Below are positions 44,848 through 54,161 of a stretch of DNA of 60,902 nt, piece by piece. This DNA comes from Candidatus Hydrothermarchaeota archaeon. Lineage in GTDB: Archaea > Hydrothermarchaeota > Hydrothermarchaeia > Hydrothermarchaeales > JALUUU01. The first letter of the stretch is position 1; each line of letters opens with the position of its first letter. The notes under the pieces are model-generated. The model worked only from the letters and a program-made list of their open reading frames with translations, was not told the DNA's origin and did no database searches. The translations under genes and the position numbers were made by a program. The stretch spans positions 1 through 60,902 of the forward strand of contig CAYZUE010000001.1 of NCBI GenBank assembly GCA_964481825.1. The letters run 5' to 3'.

Positions 44848-44909
44848 TTTCACTTTGTTGTAAGAGTCAGGATGTATCCCACTTTTTTTCTAGATATTTT
44901 TTTTATCTC

Positions 44910-46655
44910 TTATTTTTTAATTGGTATTCCATTTTCATTCCAGTTCCTAAGTTTGTAATATTCTTGTAGCATCGTGTCATATTCTTTTTTTTCAAGTGAT
45001 CGTCCATCCAATTTTTCATCATGAAATCTTTTTGGCAAAGCATCATCAACTTTACTAAATCCTTCTCTAATGTTGAATTCTCTTGTTGTTGTGATAATCC
45101 TATTTGACATTTCTTTTAGTCCTTCCAAATTATATTCTATACCGGTCAATTTTTTTATTAATTCACATAAATCTTGATTTGAAGTTAATCCCCAATAAAA
45201 TTTGCATAGAATTATTGAGTCAAAAATAGTCATGATATCTTCATATTCAACGTATTGATTCGTCTTTTCTTTGAGGTCATGGGGACTTTTTCCACTTAGT
45301 TCAGCTTTATAATAAACACCTCTTAGATGACATGCTCCCCTAGCACTTGTTCCATATCCAAGTCCCATACCTTTTAAAACCCTTGGATCATATCCTGGAA
45401 AGTCAAGTCCCTTAACATGAGCAATAAGATTATTTAAGTTTAGTTTTTCACCGGCGATTTTTATTCCATCTGCTAAAAAATTTCCAATGTCTTTTCGGTA
45501 AGTTATGGCTTCTAAGATTTTTGCAGCTCCTTTTTCATCTCCATATTTTAATTTATCTTTTAACAAGTTTCTTTTTGATGCTTCCATTACGAGCGCTACT
45601 ATGCTCCCTGCACTTATAGTGTCAATTCCAAGTTTGTCACAAACATCGTTAAGATATGCTACATTCTCCAGGTTTTCAATGGCGCATAGGCCACCAAATG
45701 CAAAAGCGGTTTCGTATTCTGGGCCTTCAATTTTTATTCCTTTATGAACCCCCTTTTTTACTGTCACTAGTTTTCCACATGAAATAAAACAGTTGTAACA
45801 AGAATTTGGTTTAGCTCCCATATCCTCTATAAGATAATCTGCACTTATCTTTTCAACAGAATTCGATTTTCCTTCAGACCAATACTTTGTTGGAAATCCA
45901 CCTAAATGATTAAGAACTTTTACCATATTTGGAGTTCCATATTTTTTTAAGTTTTCAACGCCTCTATCTTCTTTTCCGCGTTTTCTTAGTGTTCTTGAAA
46001 ATTCTCTTATACCATCTGCGTCATGAAACTCGGGTTTTTTTTCTCCATGGAATACAATTGCCTTTAAATTTTTAGATCCCATAACAGCACCCATACCACA
46101 TCTACCAGCGTTACGCCAAATATCATTTGTGATGCAGGCAAACCTAACAAGATTTTCACCTGCAGGTCCTATTGTTAACGCTCTTGCTCTTTTTTCATTT
46201 ACTTCTTTTAATACACCAATTTCGGATTCGTCTGTGTTTAACCCCATAAATCCAGATGCGTCGTGGAATGTTGCACCATTGTTATTAATAACAAGGTATA
46301 TGGGCGTAGATGCTTTTTTCCTTATTATAACAGCATCATAACCCGTTCTTTTGAAAGCTGGAGCAAGACTCCCACCAGAATAAGATTCACCATAACCGTT
46401 GGTAAGTGGAGATTTTGAAAATACCCCATATCTACTTGAACCAGGTATAGTTCCAGCTGCTATTCCTGGAGAAAAAATTAAAATATTTTCATCTGATAAG
46501 GGGTCTATTCCTGGTTTTAACAAATTAAATAAAAAATACGTTGATAAACCCTTTCCACTTAACCAGGTTTTACAGATGTTACTTGAAATTTTCTTTGTAC
46601 TAACGCTATTATTGTCAAGATTTATATCTAAATAATTTTTATAAAATCCTTTCAT
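44910..46655 (-). CDS. aor: Aldehyde:ferredoxin oxidoreductase (tungstopterin AOR family)
   Basis: 581 aa; N-terminal AOR_N pattern (KGFYKNYLDINL..), Cys motif NSCYNCFISCGK for the 4Fe-4S cluster, GxGTSARGACHLR. Confidence 0.88.
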   Translation of the reverse strand: MKGFYKNYLDINLDNNSVSTKKISSNICKTWLSGKGLSTYFLFNLLKPGIDPLSDENILIFSPGIAAGTIPGSSRYGVFSKSPLTNGYGESYSGGSLAPAFKRTGYDAVIIRKKASTPIYLVINNNGATFHDASGFMGLNTDESEIGVLKEVNEKRARALTIGPAGENLVRFACITNDIWRNAGRCGMGAVMGSKNLKAIVFHGEKKPEFHDADGIREFSRTLRKRGKEDRGVENLKKYGTPNMVKVLNHLGGFPTKYWSEGKSNSVEKISADYLIEDMGAKPNSCYNCFISCGKLVTVKKGVHKGIKIEGPEYETAFAFGGLCAIENLENVAYLNDVCDKLGIDTISAGSIVALVMEASKRNLLKDKLKYGDEKGAAKILEAITYRKDIGNFLADGIKIAGEKLNLNNLIAHVKGLDFPGYDPRVLKGMGLGYGTSARGACHLRGVYYKAELSGKSPHDLKEKTNQYVEYEDIMTIFDSIILCKFYWGLTSNQDLCELIKKLTGIEYNLEGLKEMSNRIITTTREFNIREGFSKVDDALPKRFHDEKLDGRSLEKKEYDTMLQEYYKLRNWNENGIPIKK

Positions 46656-47191
46656 TTTGTTTTTACTCTTAGCTTGGCAATTTCATCTTTAACTTCTACT
46701 GTAAGATTCATACTATCAAAAACTTCTTTGATAAAAGTTTTTACAAATTTTTTTGATAAATTAGAATTCAAAACCAGTACATATTCATCTTTTCCTATTT
46801 TTGAAAGATTATAGAAGTTACACGCTTCTAATCTCTCAAGTACTTCTTCAGCAGTTTTAAAGTTTTTAGAGAATTGTTCACCATGAGATCTCGCTACGCT
46901 TTTGTGATTCTTCCAAAACTCAGTCTGATATCTTGATTTCTCGAGTAGCTTAAGAAATAGAATCCAGTGGTTAACATCCAAAATCAAATGCTCTCCCCCC
47001 GATAGCATTTCTATGTATGTCTCCACTTTTTTATTTTTTATTTTTTTTAAAATATCTTTATTAGTTGAATAAAACCTTAACGCTTCTCTTAAAATAGCAC
47101 TTTGTGACATTTGAGAATCATTTTTTAATTTTTTAAAAAGATTCTCAGTTTCCATGTCAAGGGAAATTGTTATTCTAGCAGGATTTTTCAA
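46652..47191 (-). CDS. Ribbon-helix-helix (CopG-like) DNA-binding protein with ~130-aa C-terminal domain
   Basis: N-terminal ARITISLDMETENLFKKLK..SQSAILREALRFY beta-alpha-alpha pattern; 4-nt overlap with the aor start. Confidence 0.6.
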   Translation of the reverse strand: MKNPARITISLDMETENLFKKLKNDSQMSQSAILREALRFYSTNKDILKKIKNKKVETYIEMLSGGEHLILDVNHWILFLKLLEKSRYQTEFWKNHKSVARSHGEQFSKNFKTAEEVLERLEACNFYNLSKIGKDEYVLVLNSNLSKKFVKTFIKEVFDSMNLTVEVKDEIAKLRVKTK

Positions 47192-47247
47192 TCTTACCTC
47201 TTTAATTATGTTATTTGCATAAATTTTGTGATAACATCTTAAATATC

Positions 47248-47272
47248 TTTATATATGCGGAATTAGACTTCC
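47248..47272 (+). promoter_or_regulatory. Putative amt promoter: TATA-like TTTATATAT followed by a GGAA-N6-TTCC palindrome (NrpR-type operator consensus)
   Basis: TTTATATAT at 47248-47256; GGAATTAGACTTCC at 47259-47272, 46 nt upstream of the amt ATG, which has GGAGG at 47305-47309. Confidence 0.4.
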
Positions 47273-47317
47273 TTGTAATAGTATATAAGTTTAACATAAA
47301 ATTTTGGAGGAAATAAC

Positions 47318-48577
47318 ATGGACAATAGATTAATGATCATTGTGACCTTTCTTCTAGCTATAATAAAACCCGTTTTCGCTCAGGAGGCGACTATAGATTC
47401 AGGCGATACAGCATGGATCATTGTGGCTACTGCATTAGTTATGTTGATGATACCTGGAGTCGGGTTCTTTTATGGAGGTATGGTCAGGAATAAAAATACC
47501 TTGTCAACAATAATGCTAGTTTTCGCAACTTTAGCTTTAATAAGTATACAATGGGTTCTCTGGGGATATAGTTTAGCTTTTGGAAGCGATATCGGCGGAT
47601 TCATAGGAAACCTTGAATTTTTTGCATTAAATGGTGTTGGGATGGAAGCAAACGGTACTATTCCTAATTCACTTTTCATGATGTTTCAAGGCATGTTTGC
47701 TATTATTACAGTAGCATTAATTGTGGGCGGCCTTGTTGAAAGAATTAAATTCAGCGGATGGTTAGTGTTAGCACTGCTTTGGGCTACATTTGTTTATGAT
47801 CCAATTTGTCATTGGGTTTGGGGTGGAGGCTGGCTCGGAAGCTTAGGAGCCCTCGATTTCGCCGGTGGAACAGTAGTACATATAAATTCAGGTGTATCAG
47901 CACTAGCAATTGTATTTGTTTTAGGAGCAAGAAATGGTTTTGGAAAAGATCATATGATCCCTCATAATATACCTATGGCACTGTTAGGTGCTGTTTTATT
48001 ATGGTTTGGGTGGTTCGGTTTCAATGCTGGTAGTGCACTTGCGGCAGACGGAATTGCTGCTAATGCTTTTGTAACAACCAATACTGCAGCAGCTGCAGCA
48101 GCTTTGACATGGATGTTTTTGAGCTGGAAGCACAGGAAACCAAGTGTACTTGGTATTGCAACAGGTGCTGTTGCTGGTTTAGTTGCAATTACTCCCGCTA
48201 CAGGTTTTGTAACTCCCATGGCTTCAATACCAATCGGTATAGGTGCTGGACTTATCTGTTATTATGCTATACTCTTTAGGGTAGGTAGGAAAATTGACGA
48301 GTCTTTAGATGTGTGGGCAGTTCATGGAATTGGAGGTACTTGGGGGGCAATCGCCACCGGGATATTTGCGAGTATAGGTGCAACAGGATTAATTACTGGT
48401 AATCCAGGCCAGGTTATTACGCAAATAATTGGTGTTGGAGCAACGTGGGTGTATGCTTTTGTAGTAACTTACATCTTAGCTAAGATAGTAGATGTAACAA
48501 TTGGATTACGAGTTGAAGAACCAGAAGAATTAGTTGGGTTAGATCTTTCGCAACATGCAGAGAATGCATATCAGTGA
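47318..48577 (+). CDS. amt: Ammonium transporter
   Basis: Signature [13 protein letters not shown], twin-His region HGIGGTWG, 11 predicted helices, cleavable N-terminal leader. Confidence 0.94.
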   Translation: MDNRLMIIVTFLLAIIKPVFAQEATIDSGDTAWIIVATALVMLMIPGVGFFYGGMVRNKNTLSTIMLVFATLALISIQWVLWGYSLAFGSDIGGFIGNLEFFALNGVGMEANGTIPNSLFMMFQGMFAIITVALIVGGLVERIKFSGWLVLALLWATFVYDPICHWVWGGGWLGSLGALDFAGGTVVHINSGVSALAIVFVLGARNGFGKDHMIPHNIPMALLGAVLLWFGWFGFNAGSALAADGIAANAFVTTNTAAAAAALTWMFLSWKHRKPSVLGIATGAVAGLVAITPATGFVTPMASIPIGIGAGLICYYAILFRVGRKIDESLDVWAVHGIGGTWGAIATGIFASIGATGLITGNPGQVITQIIGVGATWVYAFVVTYILAKIVDVTIGLRVEEPEELVGLDLSQHAENAYQ

Positions 48578-48586
48578 GGTATTAAA

Positions 48587-48925
48587 ATGAAAAAAATTGA
48601 AGCAATAATAAGGCCTGAGAAACTTGAGGCTGTATCGAAAGCTCTAGAAAAAAATGGAATCCTAGGAATGACCGTTTCAGACGTTAAAGGACGTGGAAGG
48701 CAGAAAGGAATTACCTTACAATGGAGAGCTGGTGATTATAGGATAGATTTCATACCTAAAATTAAGTTTGATATTGTGTTAGAAGACTCAAAAGTAAAGG
48801 AAGCTATTGAGACGATATGTTCTATAGCTAAAACAGACAATGTTGGCGATGGTAAAATCTTTGTTTATCCTATAGAAGATGTAATTAGAGTACGTACAGG
48901 TGAAAGTGGGAAAACTGCTGTTTAG
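48587..48925 (+). CDS. glnK: Nitrogen regulatory protein PII (GlnK)
   Basis: 112 aa, T-loop GRGRQKG...Y51, GDGKIFV; immediately downstream of amt. Confidence 0.94.
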   Translation: MKKIEAIIRPEKLEAVSKALEKNGILGMTVSDVKGRGRQKGITLQWRAGDYRIDFIPKIKFDIVLEDSKVKEAIETICSIAKTDNVGDGKIFVYPIEDVIRVRTGESGKTAV

Positions 48926-49001
48926 GATTATTAATAGAAAGTTAATAATTCTCAGTTTAGATTTTCTTCCCACAATACCTCCTCCCTTGTACTTAAAATG
49001 G

Positions 49002-49036
49002 ACGTTGGTTCTTAGATGAACTAACGTTTTTTTTTT
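49002..49036 (+). terminator. Hairpin plus T-run downstream of glnK
   Basis: ACGTTGGTTC / GAACTAACGT forms a 10-bp stem (one G-U pair) with loop TTAGAT, followed by a run of 9-10 T (49027-49036). Confidence 0.5.
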
Positions 49037-49164
49037 CAATTATTCCCTCTAAGATAATTTTTTTCTATTTTTACAGTTATAAATATAAAAACAGTTAATA
49101 ACTTCTTTGAAAAAATTTATATATCAAATTAAGGAAAGTCAGTGTATTATTAATAGAGGTAAAA

Positions 49165-49824
49165 ATGTCAATATGCTCAATATGCGATCAGGTGGTAACT
49201 ACGAGTCAGGCACCAATTGAAAGTTTATTTAGTATTTATTTTTGGGTTGCGTTAATTGCTGGGGGCGGAGTCTTCCTTGGATTTTTATACTTTGTATTTC
49301 GATTCAGATATATCCCTGGGAAACAAGAGCCTTTGGATGCTCCTAAAGCTGGTGTTATTCCTCCTTTACGTGGATCTTCAAAAATGGGATGGATTCTCGC
49401 GCTGGGTCTTTTTTTGATTTTCATTCCAATTTCAGTGGCAACAAAAGACACTGTAGATTTCATTGAGAAACCCCCTGCTGAAGATTCTTTAATTATTAAT
49501 GTTGAAGGCTTTCAATATGCATGGAGTTTTACATATCCTAATGGTGTTCAGACTATTTCTACACTTAGAGTTCCAAAAGATAAGGTAATTGTTCTTGAGT
49601 CAACTTCAAGAGATGTTTTTCATAATTTGTGGATGCCCCAATTTAAATTAATGGTCGACACTATCCCAGGACAAACAAACGTGGTATGGTTTAAAGCAAT
49701 TAAAACTGGTAGTTATACAGCCCACTGTAACGAGATATGTGGTGTTGGACATACCTTTATGAAAGCTACCATCATTGTACAAGAACCGGAAGAATTCCAA
49801 AAGTGGTATGGAGGAGGTAATTAG
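49165..49824 (+). CDS. coxB: Cytochrome c oxidase subunit II
   Basis: Two N-terminal TM helices and CuA site HCNEICGVGHTFM; no fused cytochrome c domain. Confidence 0.9.
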   Translation: MSICSICDQVVTTSQAPIESLFSIYFWVALIAGGGVFLGFLYFVFRFRYIPGKQEPLDAPKAGVIPPLRGSSKMGWILALGLFLIFIPISVATKDTVDFIEKPPAEDSLIINVEGFQYAWSFTYPNGVQTISTLRVPKDKVIVLESTSRDVFHNLWMPQFKLMVDTIPGQTNVVWFKAIKTGSYTAHCNEICGVGHTFMKATIIVQEPEEFQKWYGGGN

Positions 49825-49826
49825 AC

Positions 49827-51479
49827 TTGAATATTGTTCGGTGGTTAACTACAACAAATCATAAAGATATTGGTATATTATACATTTTAGCTGCATTCCT
49901 TTTGGGGGCAATAGGTGGGCTTTTAGGTATGGTAATGAAGGCTCAAACTACTCTTCCAGAACTTAGCCTCATCTCTGCTAGTTTTTATAATCAATCAGTT
50001 AGCGTGCATGGGCTTGTTATGGTTTTATGGTTTGTTTCACCTTTATTCCTTGGATTTGCAAATTACATGATTCCAATGATGATAGGTTGTAGAGATTTAG
50101 CTTTTCCCCGTCTTAACGCTATGAGCTTCTGGATGTTCTTATTTGGTGGTTTGGTTGCAGCGTCCGCATTTTTCTTCCCCGGTGGAGCTATAGCAACAGG
50201 TTGGACGATTTATGCACCTCTAAACACACCTCAATATAGCGCTGGAAATGCATTTGGAATTGTTTTGGGAGTAGCTGGAGCTGCAATGCTTATTATTGCT
50301 ATAACTTTGGGTACAATAAACTTTGTAACTACAATTGCCCATATGAGAGCTCCGGGAATGACGCTTCTTAAAATGCCTCTTTTTGTCTGGTTTTTCATTG
50401 CCACTCTAGCAATAATGCTCTATGTCTTTCCTGTTCTTGGCGTAGCCGGACTTACTCTACTTAGTGATTGGCTTTTGGGGACCAACTTTTATGCATCACC
50501 ACATGGTGCTCTATTGTGGGCCCATCTCTTTTGGATATTCGGCCATCCAGAAGTCTATGTTATTCTTTTTCCTGGACTAGGAGTTGTAGCAGAAGTTATC
50601 TCAGTATTCTCTCGGAGGCCAATATACGGTAAAAATATAATCATCACTTGTATTATTATTTCCACCATTATGAGTTTAATCGTATGGGGACATCACATGT
50701 TTGTTACAGGTGTTTCTGCAGGTTGGAGAATATACATGAGTATTATGACAGAATTGATATCAATACCCTTTGGAATAATTGTCCTTTGCTTTATTGCTAC
50801 CTTGTGGAAAGGATCGATTAGATTTAAAACCCCTATGATGTTTATTTTAGGAATTATTCCTTTATTCCTCATTGGTGGGGCTACTGGAGTTTTCAATTCC
50901 TCAGCAGCTCTCGATTATAGTATCCGAGGTACTTATTGGATTATTGCGCATTTTCATTATGTTTTAGTACCTGCAGTAGCTATGACACTAATTGGTGGGA
51001 TATATTATTGGTTCCCGAAAATGACTGGCCGAATGTATAGCGAAAAATTAGGTCATACCCATTTCTGGCTTACTTTTATTGGGATGAATCTAACCTATTT
51101 CCCATGGTTTTTAATTAGTGAGATGCCTAGGAGAATGGTTACATATAGTGCAACACAAACTACCTGGGCCGAAATGCATTTGTTATCTAGTGTAGGGGCA
51201 GTCATCTTACTATTGGGCCAAATAATCTTTGTAATAAATATGATTTCTAGTGGTTTGAAGGGACCTAGAGCCCTCTCTAACCCTTGGGGAGGATATTCTT
51301 TGGAGTGGACAGTAAGTTCTCCTCCTCCTGCATCAACATTCTTAAAGAGGCCAATAATCACTGAACAAGGTCGGGTTAAGTATTCTTTTTATCCTACCAG
51401 CTGGGCGCACTTGGAAAATGATGGAGGAAGAATTGAATCCAATATTGATGAAACCGATTTCAAGGAGGACTCAGATTGA
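49827..51479 (+). CDS. coxA: Cytochrome c oxidase subunit I (A-type)
   Basis: TTNHKDIG, GHPEVY (cross-linked Tyr motif), HHMF, HFHYV; TTG start 2 nt after the coxB stop. Confidence 0.94.
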   Translation: MNIVRWLTTTNHKDIGILYILAAFLLGAIGGLLGMVMKAQTTLPELSLISASFYNQSVSVHGLVMVLWFVSPLFLGFANYMIPMMIGCRDLAFPRLNAMSFWMFLFGGLVAASAFFFPGGAIATGWTIYAPLNTPQYSAGNAFGIVLGVAGAAMLIIAITLGTINFVTTIAHMRAPGMTLLKMPLFVWFFIATLAIMLYVFPVLGVAGLTLLSDWLLGTNFYASPHGALLWAHLFWIFGHPEVYVILFPGLGVVAEVISVFSRRPIYGKNIIITCIIISTIMSLIVWGHHMFVTGVSAGWRIYMSIMTELISIPFGIIVLCFIATLWKGSIRFKTPMMFILGIIPLFLIGGATGVFNSSAALDYSIRGTYWIIAHFHYVLVPAVAMTLIGGIYYWFPKMTGRMYSEKLGHTHFWLTFIGMNLTYFPWFLISEMPRRMVTYSATQTTWAEMHLLSSVGAVILLLGQIIFVINMISSGLKGPRALSNPWGGYSLEWTVSSPPPASTFLKRPIITEQGRVKYSFYPTSWAHLENDGGRIESNIDETDFKEDSD

Positions 51480-52264
51480 GCGAATCATCTCACGCGAACC
51501 ATAATCCTAGTCATATGAGCATTTGGCCTATAGTTATTTCTTTAGGTCTAGCGCTGGTTTTCTGGGGTATTGCAGCATATTTATTAGGTGTAGGATTGCC
51601 TTTGCTCATCCTAGCATTGATTATACTTGTAGGTGGAATTTTAGGATATCTAAAAGAAACTATGCAAGGCAACTTCGTAGCTATAGAGGAGCAAAGAGGA
51701 GCACAATGGCCTTTTGAATCCCTCAGTAAATTAAAACTTGGTGTATGGGTGTTTCTTGCAGGGGATATAATGTTATTCGGCTTGATGGTTGGTGTCGATA
51801 TTTATCTCCGACTTGGTGCTGTTTCATGGCCTGATGCTGGGACAGTCTTCAGTATTTCTCATGGAGCTTTGATGACCTATCTTCTTCTAGCAAGTACGCT
51901 AACATTTGGTTATGGTGTAATATCAATCCGAAATGGAAGTTCAAAAGGTTTAATAATCGGTCTTGTTCTTACATTAATTTTAGGCGCCGGTTTTCTTGTT
52001 ATCAAACTCCTAGAATGGGGTGAACTTTTTTCCCATGGATTTAATTTAAGTAGTGGTTTAGCGGCATCCACCTATTTCTTTACTACTGGCCTGCACGGTC
52101 TTCACGTACTTATTGGTATAGTAGGTTTAGCATACTTCATCCTTGGATCAATTCTTGGCAATGTCACAAAAGAAAAACATGAAACTCTTATATTATTCGG
52201 AGTCTATTGGATATTTGTGGATATCGTCTGGTTATTCATTTTTCCAATAATGTATCTGTGGTGA
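51476..52264 (+). CDS. coxC: Cytochrome c oxidase subunit III
   Basis: 262 aa, 7 helices, FFTTGLHGLHVLIG and YWIFVDIVWLFIF motifs; TTG start overlapping the coxA stop. Confidence 0.85.
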   Translation: MSESSHANHNPSHMSIWPIVISLGLALVFWGIAAYLLGVGLPLLILALIILVGGILGYLKETMQGNFVAIEEQRGAQWPFESLSKLKLGVWVFLAGDIMLFGLMVGVDIYLRLGAVSWPDAGTVFSISHGALMTYLLLASTLTFGYGVISIRNGSSKGLIIGLVLTLILGAGFLVIKLLEWGELFSHGFNLSSGLAASTYFFTTGLHGLHVLIGIVGLAYFILGSILGNVTKEKHETLILFGVYWIFVDIVWLFIFPIMYLW

Positions 52265-52270
52265 TAATAA

Positions 52271-52513
52271 ATGGCAATGAATATGATATTATATGTTGTA
52301 GTTACAACCCTTGTAGCTGTTATATTAGCTGTTCAAATAACAATAGGAAGGGGGAACCTTGTTCTTCTAACCTTATTATCTGTATTTAGTGCAGCCCTTG
52401 TTGCATTGTTTAATATGCAATTAAAGGATGAGAATATAGAGCCAGTTGGCATTATTTTACTACCCCCACTAATTCTTGCAATCATATTTGGGGTGGGTAT
52501 GATAATTAGTTAA
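52271..52513 (+). CDS. Small hydrophobic protein (80 aa), possible extra oxidase subunit
   Basis: ATG 6 nt after the coxC stop; three hydrophobic segments; no recognisable motif. Confidence 0.45.
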   Translation: MAMNMILYVVVTTLVAVILAVQITIGRGNLVLLTLLSVFSAALVALFNMQLKDENIEPVGIILLPPLILAIIFGVGMIIS

Positions 52514-52527
52514 AAGGATTGATTTAG

Positions 52528-52782
52528 TTGAAAGGCCATATACGCCTTATCAAGTTTAAGATAGTTGAATTATTATTGTTTACATCAATGGGCTCTGCTA
52601 TTTTTTCAACCAAAGGAAATATTGGCACATTTTTAATTATTGTATTAGCTTTAACTATGGGGATTGCATCACTTGGCAAAAAATTTCTTAATCACTATTA
52701 TGACAAATATATTGATGTAATGTATGTAACAATAAGTAGACTATCCCCTTTGCGTGAGATTAACTTGGATGTTTATTCATAA
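52528..52782 (+). CDS. Small membrane protein (84 aa), hypothetical
   Basis: TTG start, two hydrophobic segments, same strand and tightly spaced after the previous ORF. Confidence 0.35.
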   Translation: MKGHIRLIKFKIVELLLFTSMGSAIFSTKGNIGTFLIIVLALTMGIASLGKKFLNHYYDKYIDVMYVTISRLSPLREINLDVYS

Positions 52783-52790
52783 TTAAACTG

Positions 52791-53267
52791 ATGAAAATGA
52801 AATTAATCTTTAAATTTATTGTCTTTACTCTTATTATTTTCTTGAGTGTGGGATGTGTTCAAAGTGGATTGACACTTCAAGATGAAGGCGGTATTGAAAT
52901 TCAGATGGGGGATATAAAACAATTTGAATTTGTAGTTGAAAATGCGGATGGGATTTTAGCGAAGGAATATAATGACATTAAGATAGAATTCGTTGACGAC
53001 AAATGGCTTGTTCAAACTGTCACAACCAGAATTGATAAAAAAACCCTTAAAAATGGGGATTATGGAATAATTAAAGTTCAATTAGAAGGGGCAAAGGTTG
53101 GAACTAATAATAATGCAAAGATTAGGCTTACTTTTTCTTCAGGCGGAAAAGATTTTCAAGTGCCTTTAACGGTGGTTAAAGATCCCAACTCTAATATTAC
53201 TTTTAAACTAAGTTCCTTGTCACCTCTTGAGCTTTTAGCCTTTAATAATCGATGTGGTCAAGTTTAA
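52791..53267 (+). CDS. Putative lipoprotein (158 aa), beta-rich, unknown function
   Basis: Signal peptide ending in the lipobox-like LSVGC; mature part has alternating beta-strand-like pattern; no His/Met copper motif seen. Confidence 0.55.
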   Translation: MKMKLIFKFIVFTLIIFLSVGCVQSGLTLQDEGGIEIQMGDIKQFEFVVENADGILAKEYNDIKIEFVDDKWLVQTVTTRIDKKTLKNGDYGIIKVQLEGAKVGTNNNAKIRLTFSSGGKDFQVPLTVVKDPNSNITFKLSSLSPLELLAFNNRCGQV

Positions 53268-53288
53268 ACCTAGAAGTATTTGATTTGT

Positions 53289-53918
53289 TTATTTCTCAGG
53301 ATTTGGAATATCATATATCAATTTAAATAGAAAGTTCTCTTCTTTCAGAAGGGTGTTAATATCACTTACAAGGAACTTAGGATACCATTTTAATCCAGGA
53401 TATAGAATCCTCAGATCTCCATTTTTATCTATTACATACACAATAGCAGTATGGTCTATTTCGTAGTCATTGGATTCATCATCCCCACTTTTGTTAACAT
53501 ATATATTATAGTATTCCCAGACTATTTCTAATTCATCTCGGGTTCCGATAAGAAACTGCATGTCTCTAAGATCTTTGGTCTCGATGTATTTGTTTACAGC
53601 CTCAATTGTATCTCTTTCTGGGTCTACAGAAATGCCTAAAAAAATAACATTATCATTCTTCGATTTTTCCAACTTCTTAGCAGCATCAACAAATTTACCA
53701 GTTATTAAAGGACAGACCGTGGGGCAGCTAGTGTATAGGAAGCTCATTACAATTATTTTGCCTTTGAAATCGCTTAAAGATACTTTCTCACCAAACTGAT
53801 TATTTAATATGAAATCGGGTGCTGGATTTGGTTGTGGAGTAATGCCACTAAATTTCTCCTGTAAGCAGCCCATACTTAGAAGGAGCCCCATTATTGTAAA
53901 AAAAATTTTGATTTCCAT
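53289..53918 (-). CDS. SCO1/SenC-family copper chaperone / thiol-disulfide oxidoreductase, lipobox-containing
   Basis: Thioredoxin fold with FLYTSCPTVCP (CxxxC) and downstream conserved His (EIDHTAIVYVID); N-terminal LSMGC lipobox-like motif. Confidence 0.85.
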   Translation of the reverse strand: MEIKIFFTIMGLLLSMGCLQEKFSGITPQPNPAPDFILNNQFGEKVSLSDFKGKIIVMSFLYTSCPTVCPLITGKFVDAAKKLEKSKNDNVIFLGISVDPERDTIEAVNKYIETKDLRDMQFLIGTRDELEIVWEYYNIYVNKSGDDESNDYEIDHTAIVYVIDKNGDLRILYPGLKWYPKFLVSDINTLLKEENFLFKLIYDIPNPEK

Positions 53919-54161
53919 TTGTTATTATTGTATTTTAGGGTTATTCTCGATACCTAGATGGACGTGTTCCATCATATTGTTCGATTACTTTTTATTCCAT
54001 ATATTGATAAGCTTTTCTTAAAATAATATCTAACCGCTCTTTTAAAACTATTAGAGAGTAATTGGGAGTCATCCGATAAAGTTAAATTTCTAATTAACAT
54101 GTCAAAAAATGCTGAAATTGGGGTTAACCTTTTATATTCATTTTAATATTTTTATTATCTA

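Noticed and set aside
48927-48949. ATTATTAA-N7-TTAATAAT inverted repeat right after the glnK stop.
   Set aside because: It is an A/T-only 8-bp stem, which is very weak and expected by chance in AT-rich spacers. The GC-containing hairpin with a T-run at 49002-49036 is the better terminator candidate.
48788-49039. 83-aa minus-strand ORF spanning the glnK 3' end and the spacer.
   Set aside because: It overlaps the well-supported glnK, runs through the hairpin and T-run, and has a low-complexity translation.
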